From Squalus acanthias (Eukaryota), in NCBI GenBank assembly GCA_030390025.1, contig CM059432.1, positions 67,768,001 through 67,832,000 of the forward strand: a stretch of DNA of 64,000 bases, read 5' to 3'. Numbering within the stretch: position 1 is the first letter of the stretch; every line of letters starts with the position of its first letter. Shown piece after piece: positions 37,092 to 50,358 of this stretch. A program made the position numbers and the translations under genes. The notes below the pieces were generated by a model, which saw only the letters and a list, made by a program, of their open reading frames with translations, searched no databases and had not been told where the DNA came from.

Positions 37092-39397
37092 GACTCCCCT
37101 CCACAACCCCACCATTCGTGGCCAGCAGTCACATAATGAGAGCTATGCTGCCACGAGGAACATCATCGAGCAGACCATCGGGGTGCTCAAGCAACGGTTC
37201 CACTGCCTTGACAGCTCGGGAGAAGCCCTCCAGTACACGCAGGGCAGCATCGACTGCACATATGTGTCTTTGTGGGCTCCGCCGGTGTCCCACTTTGTGG
37301 TGGTCTGCTGTATCCTCAACAATTTGGGCATCATGAGGGCACAGCCCTTGCCACCATAGGTTCATCAACCACATCAGTAGGAGGAGGAGGAAGAGGAGGA
37401 GCTAGAGGAGGAGGAAGAAGAGGAGAAGGAGGAGGAGGAGGAGGAAGGGAGGAGACAGGCAGCAGATCCCCGCTCCGGACGACTGTTCGTGAGCGCCTCA
37501 TCAGAATCCGGTTCCCCTGAATGAAATCCCAGATTCCCATTGCTAACCACTTCAGCACCTTACCATGCCTTTGTCACGGAACATCACAGCGTCCTCTTGG
37601 GCATAATGCTGAAATGAGAGCCACCAAAAAACAAACATTCCAAACATAATTTATAAATTTATCAGAGCTAAAACTACATAATTAAGTCAACTAATCACCC
37701 TTGTGCATTCCCTTACTGTCTGTCTTTCGTGTTCCTTTCCCTACTCTAGTTCTACACAATTCTATCCCAGGGGCTGCAGCATGGCTGGTGTAAGGCTACT
37801 GACTTTCCGTGGGGGAGACTGCAGATGGCCTTATAGGATGACCTCAAGCAGCTCTGGGCCTAGAAGGCCCGGCTATAGACTGCAGCACCTCGGCATGGGG
37901 GGCAGCAGTCTGGGCTGGCTGGCTGACCATCAGCAGGAAGGGCACTGGCTGAGTGGCAGGGGTGGGTGGGAGTACAAATGCTGTCATCCTGAGAGAGGAC
38001 AGCAGGGCCTTGGTCCACGGAGCCACTGCCACTCCCCCGGGACAGCACCTCAGCATTCCTAGCCATCTGTTGTAGCAAAGATTGCTGGACTGCTGTGAGA
38101 CCCTACAAGCCGCTTTCCGATCTCATAAACCCAGCCACGTTGGCATGAGTCTGAGCTTGTGGGCACCTAGCTGAGACTGCATGAGAGCAGTCTGAGCTTG
38201 CGTGGCACCAATTGAGCCTGCAGGACAGCAGACTGAGCTTCCACTGCAGCACTCAGGTCACTTCCTCTTGTGCTGCAATGGAAGCTGCGACATCGCCCAT
38301 GATACTCAGCATCATGGTTGGGTCCACAAGTGTTCTAATGGCGTTGCCAATCAATTCCATCCTGGAAAACATGGACTCCAAGCTCCACGCAAAGCCCCGT
38401 GTAATGTTGGAGCTGGACTCCTCCATGCTCCTTGACATTAACAAGAGTCTCTCTGGCAGGCTTGCCATTGCTCCAAGCACTTCTGTGTGCATGCCCATCA
38501 CACTGCTTCTGAAGACTCCCCTCCGCAACCCCACCATTCGTGGCCAGCAGTCACATAATGAGAGCTATGCTGCCACGAGGAACATCATCGAGCAGACCAT
38601 CGGGGTGCTCAAACAACGGTTCCACTTGACAGCTCAGGAGGAGCCCTCCAGTACACGCAGGGCAGCATCGACTGCACATTTGTGGCTTTGTGGGCACCGC
38701 GGGTGTCCACTTTGTGGTGTCTGCTGTATACTCAACAATTTGGGCATCATGAGGGCACAGCCCTTGCCACCATAGGTTCCACAACCACATCTGTAGGAGG
38801 AGGAGGAAGAGGAGGAGCAAGAGGGGGAGGAAGAAGAGGAGAAGGAGGAGGAGGAGGATGAAGGGAGGAGGCAGGCAGCAGATACCCACTCCGGATGACT
38901 GTTCGTGAGCACCTCATCAGAATCCGGTTCCCCTGAATGAAATCCCAGATCCCCATTGCTAACCACTTCAGCACCTTACCATGCCTTTGTCACGGAACAT
39001 CACAGCGTCCTCTTGGGCATAATGCTGAAATGAGAACCACCAAAAAACAAACATTCCAAACATAATTTATAAATTTATCTAAAACTGCATAATAAAGTCA
39101 ACTAATCACCCTTGTGCATTCCCTTACTGTCTGTCTTTCAAGTTTCTTTCCCTATTCTAGTTCTATGCAATTCTATCCCAGGGGCTGCAGCATGGCTGGT
39201 GTAAGGCTACTGACTTTCCGTGGGGGAGACTGCAGATAGCCTTACAGGATGACCTCAAGCAGCTCTGGGCCTAGAAGGCCCAGCTATAGACTGCAGCACC
39301 TCGGCATGGGGGGCAGCAGTCTGGGCTGGCTGGATGACCATCAGCAGCAAGGGCACTGGCTGAGCAGCAGGGGTGGGTGGGAGTACAAATGCTCTCA
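37092..39397 (+). repeat. Direct duplication: 37092-37987 repeated at 38514-39397
   Basis: Colinear high-identity copies with a period of 1422 bp; the second copy ends at the CR1 insertion. Confidence 0.88.
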
Positions 39398-39406
39398 TAT
39401 AATGTA

Positions 39407-40780
39407 ATCATAGAAAGTTACAGCATGAAAGGAGGCCATTTCGGCCCATCGTTTCCGCGTCGGCCAACAAAGAGCTATCCAGCCTAATCCCGCTTCCCAG
39501 CTCTTGGTCCGTAGCCCTGCAGGTTAGAGCATCCCAATTGCACATCCAAGTACTTTTTAAATGTGGTTAGGGTTCCTGCCTCTACCACCCTTTCAGGCAG
39601 TGAGTTCCAGACCCCCACCACCCTCTGGGTGAAGAAATTTCCCCTCAAATCCCCTCTAAACCTTCCCCCAATTACTTTAAATCTGTGCCCCCTGGTTTTT
39701 GACCCCTCTGCTAAGGGAAATAGGTCCTTTCTATCCAATTTATCTATGCCCCTCATAATTTTATACACCTCAATAAGGTCTCCCCTCAGCCTCCTCTGTT
39801 CCAAGGAAAACAGACCCAGCCTGTTGGTGAAAAATTAATTCACTCGAGTCTGTCTTAAAAGCAAAAGATCACAGTTTATTATTTAGAGCGCTCTGGGAGA
39901 AGAACCATAGACTACTGTCTCATGATCATCTTCTGAATTTGACAATGGCTGCCACGCTCCTTTATACACTTTCAAAAGCCAAAAAAAGTACAAACATCAG
40001 CACAGTTAGGGTTAGGGTTACATCATAGGTGAACCTTAGGTTGTCTAAAAACAACTTGATCAGAATTTACACTGTTAGCAAAACTTATTCTTTTACTTCT
40101 GCTTTTTATCAGCCATCTGTGTTGCATTGGTTTCATTCTTATACCTATTCGAGGTTAGTTTATAGAAAGACAACGATCCACATTTTCTGTTTTGCGGTGT
40201 CTGCATTACAATACTGCAGCCTAAGCAAGTTGGTGTTTTATTTAATTATACCCCTGTTTCCATGCCTTCGGGAGACATAGTCCTTTAAGCTGTTCAACTA
40301 ATCTTAAACATTACAACTGATTAGCCCTTACATTATTACAATTACATTTTTTACTCTTACACAGCCTATCCAGTCTTTCCTCATAGCTAAAATTCTCTAC
40401 TCCCGGCAACATCCTTGTAAATCTCCTCTTTATCCTCTCTCGTGCAATCACATCTTTCCTGTAATGTGGTGACCAGAACTGCACGCAGTACTCTAGCTGA
40501 GACCTAACTAGTGTTTTATACAGTTGAAGCATATCCCCCCTGCTCTTGTATTCTATGCCATGGCTAATAAAGGCAAGCATTCCGTATGCCTTCTTAACCA
40601 CCTTATCTACTTGGCCTGCTACCTTCAGGGATCTGTGGACATACACTCCAAGGTCCCTTTATTCCTCTACACTACTCAGTGTCCTATTATTTAATGTGTA
40701 TTCTCTTTCCTTGATAGCCCTCCCCAAATGCATTACCTCACACTTCTCTGGATAGAATTCCATTTGCCACTGTTCTGCCC
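39407..40780 (-). mobile_element. 5'-truncated vertebrate-type CR1 LINE split by a solo LTR
   Basis: LYKTLVRSQLEYCVQFWSP and RRLRGDLIEVYKIM; atcatag tail. Confidence 0.9.
39822..40361 (-). mobile_element. 540-bp solo LTR
   Basis: TG...CA ends; perfect 5-bp TSD CAGCC (39817-39821, 40362-40366); minus-strand TATAAAA at ~39963 and AATAAA at ~39877. Confidence 0.87.
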
Positions 40781-42179
40781 TGCCTGGCTGCAGCCCACTC
40801 ATGCCGGTGACTCACCACATGCAGATCCTGCCTCTATACTACCCTCTAAAGTACACACACTGCCATTTTCTGAGCTGGTGCCTGGAAGTGTCAGATCGAG
40901 TGATGGTGCCTCTTCTTCTCTATCACTCTCCTCCTCTCCTACATAGGGGTCAGGCTGGGCTGCTGGCAGTTCTTGGATATCTGAACGGAGAAAGACATAA
41001 AAATCGGGTTGTGGTGAGGGGAGGGGGGAAACTAAGATGTGCATGCTTACACCATCAGCAGCTTGTAAGTGAGATGAGATTGTGCCATGAGGGGAAAATA
41101 GCATGTGAGAAGAAGGATTAGGTTTGAACATACTGTCATCAGCAATGCTTTCAACCTCGCAGTCGCCACGGCCTCAGTGACGGGCCCTCCAATTATCTCC
41201 AGCACTATCTCCTGCAGCGCAGTGAGGATCTGAATACGTGTTTCCCCTCTACCTGTCTGCTGCTGCCCACGTCTGTTATGCGCCACCTTGGCCTGCTGGA
41301 GAAAAGGAAGTGTGTCAGTGAGTGTGGTGCAATGTGTTTGGGTGATGTGCCTGTCATGGTTGAGTAGCTGATAGTGTGTGCAAGGTGTGAGATGTGGGTG
41401 TGAAGCTTGCAGCAGTGGTAAGTGTGTGAGAGTGAGGTGAAACTATGTGAGGTATGAGTTGTGATTGCTACAGATTGTTGGTAAGTAAGTGATGGGTGTG
41501 GTGCATTGAGCAGTGTGTGAGTCTAATGGTGCAGTTGGTGGGATATGGCATTTGAAGATGCATTCACTCACCTTGACCACTCATGTGAAGTCATTAAACT
41601 TCTTGCGGTACTGGATCCAGGTCCTGGGGGCAACATATATGACACTGATGGCTTCTTCTATCTCCTCCCATTTCCTTCTGGTGTGCTGTCTGAAAGGCCT
41701 CCTGCCCCCTGCAGGTAGAGGGCCTGTCTTCTTCTCTGCTCCCCCAGGACCATAGCCTCCAGTGCTGTATCTGAGAATCTCTTTGCCCTTTCTTTTTCCT
41801 GTTGAGCCATGGCTGCATGCAGAGTAACAATGAGATGCTTCTGCAACAAAGTACCTCCCCTTTAAGAACTGCAGAGAGCCTAGGCAAAATTTTATTGGCC
41901 AATAGGCTGCACCTAATATTAGCCCCCCTGTTGCGCGCCAAGCCAGTTAGCAGTGTGTTTAGTGCTGAGCTCAGTGCTCCAATCATGTAAATGAGCAGGA
42001 AGCACGAATTTTGCATGCTGACTGCACCCTGCGCCAATTTTCAGGCCTAATCAAATTTAACCTCCATTGTTTCATAAACCCACCCAGTAATTCTTGGCAC
42101 CAACAGTCGGGATGAAGGTTGCAGGACCATTATCTAAAGGGATCCACAGCTGCAATCAGGTAAGTCTCTGGTTAGTCTT

Positions 42180-42630
42180 TCAAGAGGGCTGATAGGCCAC
42201 TTTTTGAGCTGTGTTGGCTGCTAAAGCTGTTTGGAAAACTTTTAGAGAGTGACCTTTTGGAGGTGCAGCATTATCTCCGTGCAGGGACTTAAGCACATAA
42301 ACTGTGAAATTATGGGTGTGTTTCTCGATCTTCTGTTGGGGCTGGAGGATGATGAGGAGGAATAGCAGCAAAGAACAGAGGAGAGACCTGCAGCTGATGG
42401 AAAAAAAAGGGTGAAGGAGGGGAGGTCACAGGTCAGCTCCCACCATGCGGGCCTTCTGTAATCGAACATCCTATCTCAACTTAACTGAGGAGCAGTGTGT
42501 CTAGACGCTCCATTTCACAAGGGAGGCTGTGACAGAGCTACGTCATCTGTTGCAGCACCAAGAGCAGCGCAGCACCAAGGCATGCACAGCATTACCTGTG
42601 GCTTTAAAGGTGATTGTGGTTCTGAATATA
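42180..42630 (+). pseudogene. Degraded Harbinger transposase 5' fragment
   Basis: ctcaacttaactgaggagcagtgt...ttcacaagggaggctgtgacagagcta resembles LNLSEEQC..RLRFTKEVVTEL. Confidence 0.6.
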
Positions 42631-42866
42631 TATTCCTATAATTGAAATTTTCAAGACTGAGATCAATAGACATTTTGTTAGGTAAGTGTATCAAGGGATA
42701 CGGAGAAAAGGCAGGTAAATGGAACTGAAGTTCAGATCAGCCATAGTCAATTTGCAGCCCATTGCTGTGTAAGGCAGGTCACAGATGCCCTCTTTCCTAA
42801 ACAAACAGTTCTGTTGAATTATCCCTCTCACCAATACACCCACAGACCCTCCTAACGTCACACCCA

Positions 42867-45800
42867 GTCCTAGAAATTGGATAAGGCCTGAAAATGTGCG
42901 GAACACCACCCAGCGCTATTTGCCTGCGCTTCTTCTAAGTGGTGCAGGCAGCACGCAAAATTCGTGCTGCCTGCTCATTACTATGATTGCAGCGCTGATC
43001 TCAGTGCTAAACACGCTGCTGATTGGCTTAGTGCTGAACAAGTGGGCCAATATCGGGTGCAGTCTAATGGCCAGTAATGTTTGGCCTAGGCTCTCTGCAC
43101 TACTTAAAGGGGAGGTGCTTTGTTGCAGAAGCATGTCATTTTCAATCTGGAGACACAATGGGCCAACAACCAAGAGAGAGAACCAGATGATTTTCCGATG
43201 CTGCACAAGAGGCCTTGGTCCTGGGCGTAGAATGACAATGGGCTGTCCTTTTCCTGCAACGAGCCAAGAGGCTATCCAAGCTCATCTGCAGAAGGATTTG
43301 TGAAGAGATTGAACAATCTGTCACGGCCACCAGTGTTGTCCCAAAGATATGGATCCAGTGCCTCAAAAACCTTAATGACCTCACACAGCTGGTCAAGGTG
43401 CGTGAAGGCTTCAGAAAATGCCATATCCCACCATCTGCCCCACAAACCTCACATACTGCTCAATGCACCACACCCCCATCACTCACCTACCAACAATCTC
43501 TAGCAATCACCACTTATATCTCACAATCATGGCTTCACTTCACCCTCACATACTTACCACTGCTGTAATACTCACACCCACATCTGACACCTGGAAAACA
43601 ATAACAGCTCATCAACCATGGCAGGCGCATCACCCAAACACATTGCACCACAAGCACTGACAAATTTCCCTTTCTCTTGCAGGCAAAGGTGGCATACAAC
43701 AGATGTGAGCGACAACAGACCAGAGGTGGCCAAGCCAGGATTGAGAGGCTGGCCGACCTCGAGGAATCCATCTTTGAAATTATTGGAGGGGCAGTAACAG
43801 AGTCCATGGCCAAAGGAGAAGTTGAAACCATTGCTGATGATAACAGTATAGAATCATAGAATCATAGAATGGTTACAGCACAGAAGGAGGCCATTCAACC
43901 CATCGAGCCCATGCCGGCTCTCTGCAAGAGCACTTCAGCTCGTCCCACTCTCCCGCCCTTTCCCTGTAGCTGTGCAAAATTTTTTCCTTCAGGTACTTAA
44001 CCAATTCCCAATGTCATACTTAATCCTTCTTCTCACATCCCACTTCCTCCTCATTCCACAATCTCTTCTCACTAACAAGCTGCTGATGGTGTATGCAAGG
44101 ATATCTTGCTTTCCCTCCCAACTGCACTCACCACAACTCGACCCTTGTGCCTTTCTGCTTTCAGATACCCAGGAGGTGCCACCCATGCAGACTGTCCCAC
44201 ATCATCATCAGCAAACTAACAGAGGAGAAGAAGAAGAGACACCAGAACTGCATTTGACACTCGCAGACGCCAGCTCAGAAAATGGCACTGCGCCTACTTT
44301 AGAGGGTAGTATAGAGGTGGGATCTGCATGTGGTGAGTCACCGGGCATGAGTGGGCTGCAGCCAGGGCAGGGGGAAATGGTACCTCGGGTGCCAGCTCCC
44401 CGGAGGTCAAGTTCCACAGGACTCAGATGATGACCTCGATGGGCGGCCTTCAGAAAAAGGGTGATGGATATGTACATGGAAACGCTAGGTGCAATGGCAA
44501 GCCTGCCAGAAAGCCTCTTGCCAGTGTCAAGGAGCATGGAGGAGTCTGGCTCCAAAATTGCACAGGCCTTTGAGTAGAGCTTGGAGCCCATGATTTCCAG
44601 GATGGGAATGATCAACAACTCCAGGAGAGACCTTGTGGATCCAGCCATGAGGTTGTGTGTGATGGGCGATGTCACGGCTTCCATTGTAGCACAGGCAGAA
44701 GTGACCCAACATCTCACAGCTGCAGTGGAAGCTCAGACTGCTGCCATCGTCACTGGGTTTCCAAGTCTCGAAAGGGGCTTGCAGGGTGTCAAAGCAGTCC
44801 AGCAATCTGTCCTCCAACAGATTGCTAGAAATGCAGATGCGCCGCCCTGGGGGAGTGGCAGTGAGTCTGTGGAGCAAGAACCTGCTGTCCTCTCTCAGGA
44901 TGACAGCATTCCTACTCCCACCATTGCCACTCCACCATTGCCCTTGCTGTGATATGCCTGTCAGCCTATCAGCCCGCCAGCCCAGACTGCTGCCCATGCC
45001 GAGGTGGTGCAGTCTACAGCCAGGCCTTCTAGGTCCATATCTGGTCGAGGTCATCCTGCAAGGCCATCTGTAGTCTCCCCCACTGTAAGTCAGCAGCCTT
45101 CCAACAGCCATGCTGCAGCCACTGGGGGAGCACTGCGTAGGAGCACTAGCATAGGTAAAGGCACACGAAAGACAGACAATAAATGAATGCACAAGGGTGA
45201 ATAGTTGAGATTGTCATTGTGATTGAATTTTGATAAATTTATGAATTTTGTTTGGAGTGTGTGTTTTATGGTGGCTCTCATTTCAGCTTTGTGCCCAGGA
45301 GGACGCTGTGATGTTCCATGACAGATGAATGGTGTGATGGGGAAGTGGTGAGCAATGGGTATCTAGAGTTTCATTCAGTTGAATCAGAGTCTGATGACAC
45401 ATTCACAGACCACCCATCCGGAAGTGAGGATTTGCTGCCTGCCTCCTCCCTCCCTCCCTCCTCCTCCTCCTCTTCCTCCCCCTCCTTCTCCTCCTCATCT
45501 TGAGGTGGTCCCACAAACCCTGGTGGCAAGGGCTGCACCTTCATGATGGCTAAGTTGTAGAACATGCAGCAGACCAACACGAAATGGGACACCTGCTCCA
45601 GCGAGTACTGGGGGGCTCCTCCCGAGCAGTCAAGGCAGCGGAACCATTACTTGAGCACCCTGATGGTCTGCTCGATGATGTTCCTCATGGCAGCATGGCT
45701 CTCATTATATGATTGCTGGCCACGAGTGGTGGGGTTGTGGAGGGGAGTCATCAACCAGGTGTAGAGCGGATAGCCTTTATCTCCAAGCAGCCACCCTCGG

Positions 45801-47029
45801 GTTTGATGTGGTGGCTGGAAGATTGCTGGCACACCGGACTGGCACAGGATGAAGGCATCATGATTGCTGCCAGGAGAGTGGGCATTGATCATCAGGAAGT
45901 GCTGGGCATGGTCGCACAACAACTGCACATTAAGTGAGTGGTAGCCTTTGCGGTTAAGGAACATCTCAGCATTGTTACACGGTGCAAAGCCACTTGTGTG
46001 CAGTCGATGACGGCCTGCACCATGGGGAAAACCCCTATCCTGGCAAAGTCACATGCGTGCTCGTCCTGATTGTCTCTGTTCAGAGAGAAGACAATGAAGT
46101 CCCTTCTCCTGGAGTACAGAGCCTCTGTGACCTCCCGGATGCAGCAATGGACGGTGAACTGGGAGATGTCAGCTATGTCTCCTGCTGCAGACTGGAAGGA
46201 TCTGGTGGCGAAAAAATTGAGGGCCACGATGACCTTGAGGGCCACTGGCAGTGCCATCATTGCCCTGCTCTGAGGCAGCAGGTCTGGTCGCAGGAGGTGG
46301 CAGTTATGTGACCACCTCCTTGGTGAAGCAGAGCCTCCTAATACACTGCTCCTGGCTTAATAACAGGTAGGAGAAGTGCTCTCGGAAGACCCTAGGTGGG
46401 TAAGGCCTCCTGTTGAGAGCCCTTCTGGCCCTCCTCCTCCTCCCTCTGTCAGCATCTTCTCCTCTTCTTCGCTGCCTCTGCTCCATCTCCCTATGATACT
46501 CGAGCATGAGGGGGACTACAAGTAGAGCCCCCATGATTGTGAGCAAGTGATGTGAGCAGAAGCCTTTACATGTGAAGCAAAGCTTTCTCCACTTACACCA
46601 ACACTCCCTGTGACCTCAGCAACTTTTAACAAGTTTAGAAAGCTCCAAGATTTCCAGAAACTCAGACAGAGCCAGTAGAACTGAAAAAACATGTCAGCTG
46701 CAAGTTGTTGCTGATCCCTATAAATAGCGCTGCTCGGGGCTCCTTCCTGCTGCTGAATGCTTGCTCAGCTGGTCGTGATTAGGAGAGGGCGGTAAGTGGA
46801 GCGGCGACATCTAAAATGGCAGATCTTGCATCAAATCAGCATTGCACACTCATTGACATCACGATCTGCCTCATTTTCACTGCTGCAGTGAGCGAAGGCA
46901 GTGCTGCCAACCTGCCCAAAATGTCGACTGCCGCGAGACCCGCCGGAATTTGGCGGAAGCGAGTTGGCCAGCATTTTTTCTTCACTACTGGCCTTACTGG
47001 TCGGCACTATCCCCCCGAATTTCTAGGCC
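42867..47029. mobile_element. Full-length but degenerate Harbinger, family 3 (Myb on + at ~43158-45186; transposase on - at ~46534-45371)
   Basis: TIRs gtcctagaaatt / aatttctaggcc; CCA TSD; VIDCT, LLGDKGY and IEQTI remnants; CR1 tail nested at ~43850-44010. Confidence 0.9.
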
Positions 47030-47196
47030 CCAGTTCTTACACCCACCAAATGAATGTACTAAAATTGTACACCTTCTTCAGTGTTGGAACCAATATCCAT
47101 GCAAAGAAACTGTGCACAACAACAAAGTGGTTCATAACAGTTCACTTAAGGATTGAATACAGTTTTAAAACTTGTTTTTAGCTTGAAAACTGCAAA

Positions 47197-47900
47197 TTAC
47201 CCTAGTGCCTGCCTTCCATGCTCTGATGCTCCTATGAGTTGCTCCCCAAGAGCTACAGCATGGGAAGTGGAGAGTTGCTGAACCTCCAGTGATTGTACTT
47301 TAGATGGTTGTGGTGGGCAACCTTGTGGAGCTGTGGCCATAGGGTTCCCAGCTACAGACTGCAACATCTCAGCGGTCGTCGGGGAAATCTGGTCCAGCTG
47401 GCCATCTGGCACCAACACGGGCAGTCCTTGAAAGGCTGGCACAGGAACAAGCATACAGTCAGCCTGAGAGCGGATAGCACGTGTCTCTCCCATAGTGCCA
47501 ATGCCATTGCTATGACACTGTGCTTCCGCACTCCTACTGTTCTGCATGAGAAAAGAGTGCAGAAGTAATCTGATGCTTTGGAAACCCCCATCCACACTCT
47601 CCTTCATGCTTTGAAAGCCAGAGGAGATACTGGAACCCAGAGCCAAGGTGGCAGCAGTCTGACCTTCTATCGAAGCAGTCAGAGCTGTCGCCAGAGGCTT
47701 TATCACTGTGAACCCCACTGAAGTGTTCTTAAAACTGACCACATGCTCTATGCTTGACTGTATTGTTTCCATACCCTTCTCCAATACCCCACAGAAGTTG
47801 GAGCTGGACTCCTCTATGCTCTCCAATATTGTGTGTAAGCTTGCTGGCAAGCAGTCCAATGCACACAGAGGTTGGTGGTGCACAGCTATCAGTCTTCTTC
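47197..47900 (-). pseudogene. Remnant of a Harbinger accessory-gene exon 3
   Basis: LPASL...IEESSSN and QSVAG...QQLSTSHAVA resemble the exon-3 products at 32052 and 44166. Confidence 0.6.
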
Positions 47901-48389
47901 TATAGTCTGGGCCTTTGAAGTAAGCATTTAAGTGCATGCCCGATTTCCGGCACCCACAATCAATGAGCTGTCGATAAACAGCACAAGTAGTCCTGGCAGC
48001 TTGGCAATCTTCATCAAATGAGACATGAGTACAATTTTGTTTGTGCCTCTCCCTCACGTGATTGAGTAAGCGGTCTAACCATTTTGCGCTGGATTTTGTA
48101 TATATTCTCCTCTTTTATTGAACAATGATAGAAATGCACTTTTTTTTGGTAATTTATGACCCACGAACAAAATTGCAGGAACATGCAGTTTTGAAATGTA
48201 AAATTTCCCAGCCAGTTAGCTGGAATAAACAACTAGTAGCCAATCATGGTAGCTCTTAAAACACTGACCCTTTAACATTTCTCAAGCAGCCTAACCAATC
48301 CAAATATCATAAATGTCAAAGTTTGTTCATTGAACTGTGGAGTGCTTAATATTTATGGAGATTGGCTCAACAAAGATTCTGAAAAGTCT

Positions 48390-48993
48390 AATATAAGAGC
48401 AGGGAGGTTATGATGGAACTTTACAAAACACTAGTTAGGCCACAGCTGGAATACTGCGTGCAGTTCTGGTCGCCACACTATAGGAAGGATGTGATTACAT
48501 TGGAGAGGGTGCAGTTGAGATTCACCAGGATGTTACCTGGGCTGCAGCGCTTCAGTTATGTAGAGAGACTGGACAGGCTGGGGTTGTTTTCCTTAGAGTA
48601 GAGAAGGCTGAGGGGGGACCTGATTCAGGTGTACAAAATTATGAGGGGCATAGATAGGGTAGATAGAAAGGAACTTTTCCCCTTAGTAGAGGGGTCAATA
48701 ACAAGGGGGCATAGTTTCAAGGTAAGGGGCAGGAGGTTTAGAGGGGATTTGAGGGAAAACTTTTTCACCCAGAGGGTGGTTGGAATCTGGAACTCACTGC
48801 CTGAAAGGGTGGTAGAGGCAGGAACCCTCACAACATTCAAGAAGCATTTAGATGAGCACTTGAAACGCCATAGCATACAAGGCTACAGATCAAGTGCTGG
48901 AAAATGGGATTAGAATAAACAGGGCTTGATTGCCGGTGTGGACACGATGGGCCGAAGGGCCTCTTTCTGTGCTGTATAACTCTATGACTCTAT
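48390..48993 (+). mobile_element. CR1 LINE 3' fragment; its (tctatgac)n tail continues at 49887-49900
   Basis: LYKTLVRPQLEYCVQFWSP and FFTQRVVGIWNSLP. Confidence 0.9.
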
Positions 48994-49886
48994 GGGGTAA
49001 AAATTCACTTGGTTGCGCCTCCCGTTAGCGCCTTAAGAGGGCGCTAATGGGGCGCAAAGCCGCTAATGCCCGTGCGCAGCGATGTTTGCGCCGCTCGAGA
49101 ACTTAACTTGAGATTGTGCGGCGGCGCTAAAACTTACCGCTGCGACCACCTGCGCGCGCAGATTGTGACGTCATTCCATGGTGCAACACCCTTGTGGTGC
49201 CCCGGAGCGGAAATTGAGTGGCGCCCCCTGCCTTACCGCCTGGCGCATCCAACGACCAGAAGACTGGAACGCTATCAATCGCTGTGGGGCTGGGGGGGGC
49301 GCTATTTAAAGGGGGCCTCTTCCTGTCTTTTATTGTTGGTGGCATTTTTGAACTACGCATTCTGAGAGAGAGAGGGAGAGACTTCTGGAGAGATTCAACG
49401 TTGTGGGAAGGAGTTTTGGGTACTGAGCAGCACTTTGCAGGTTCATTTTGATTTGCCATTCCTTGTATCGATTTAGCAGAGACTGTGGGAGCTGCACTCT
49501 GAGCTCTTTGCCTGTTATTCTCCATTGTTCTTTCCAGCACATTTGATGTGCAAGTCTCTCCAGGCCGAGATTCAAGGCTGCAATGAACAGGATGTGGATG
49601 GAAAGCAAGATTAACCATCCCCTTTAAGAACTGGCCCGTGCCATTGTGTGTGTGTTTCATTGCTGACTGACATTACATGAGCTTCGCCAGCGCTCTGAGT
49701 TAGCGCCTCACTGCTCGGCCTTTGCGCCTTAAGACAGGTGTGCAGCGCCTGCTTTAGCGCTCCACTCACCTCCCGGGGCGGTAAAAGTGAAGTTTCCTGT
49801 CAGTGCCGATAATTAGCGCCAGGCGCTAATATTTGCGTCCAGACGATATTTGCGCCCCAAATGGGGCGCGACCTAATTTCTACCCC
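48994..49886 (+). mobile_element. 893-bp non-autonomous Harbinger (family 2)
   Basis: TIRs ggggtaaaaatt / aatttctacccc; TAT TSD; near-identical to 7248-8140. Confidence 0.93.
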
Positions 49887-50134
49887 TATGACTCTATGAT
49901 AACAGATGATGAGTGCACCTGCTACAATGGAGCATTATGAATAGTGGTGAAGGATGGCACTGAAATAGTCTAAATAAGTATAGCAATTTGCCACTGACTA
50001 AGAGGGCCTTACAAGAGGTCAGGAAGCAGTAGCACGATTTAAGGAAAAAACTAAACATAAGGCATGAATATTACTGCAATGTATCAGCATGCGATACATA
50101 TAGAAAGAAAAAGCCTTTCCTTTTAACTCAGGAC

Positions 50135-50358
50135 TCCTACCAATACTGTGATGGACAGATGCATCTGCGACAGGTAGATTGGTGAGGACAAGGTCAAGTA
50201 GGTTTTTCCCTCGTGTTGTTTCTCTCACCACATACCACAGGCCGAGTCTGGCAGCTATGTCCTTCAGGACTCGGCCATCTCAGTCAGCAGTGGTGCCACC
50301 GAGCCACTCTTGGTGATTGGCACTGAAGTCCCCCACCCAGAGTACATTCTGTGCCCTT
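50135..50358 (-). mobile_element. LINE endonuclease-region fragment
   Basis: TRGKNLLDLVLTN motif. Confidence 0.65.

Larger units (their letters stand above)
36905..42062. mobile_element. Rearranged, degraded Harbinger (transposase 3' part on +, Myb gene on -) with tandem duplication and nested CR1/LTR
   Basis: YPGSSHDGFIL and IIEQTIGVLKQRF; Myb exon remnants at 40780-41810 resemble those in 42867-47029. Confidence 0.75.

Noticed and set aside
47197..48057. Novel 286-aa host protein
   Set aside because: Most of it resembles Harbinger accessory exon 3, and there is no supporting gene structure
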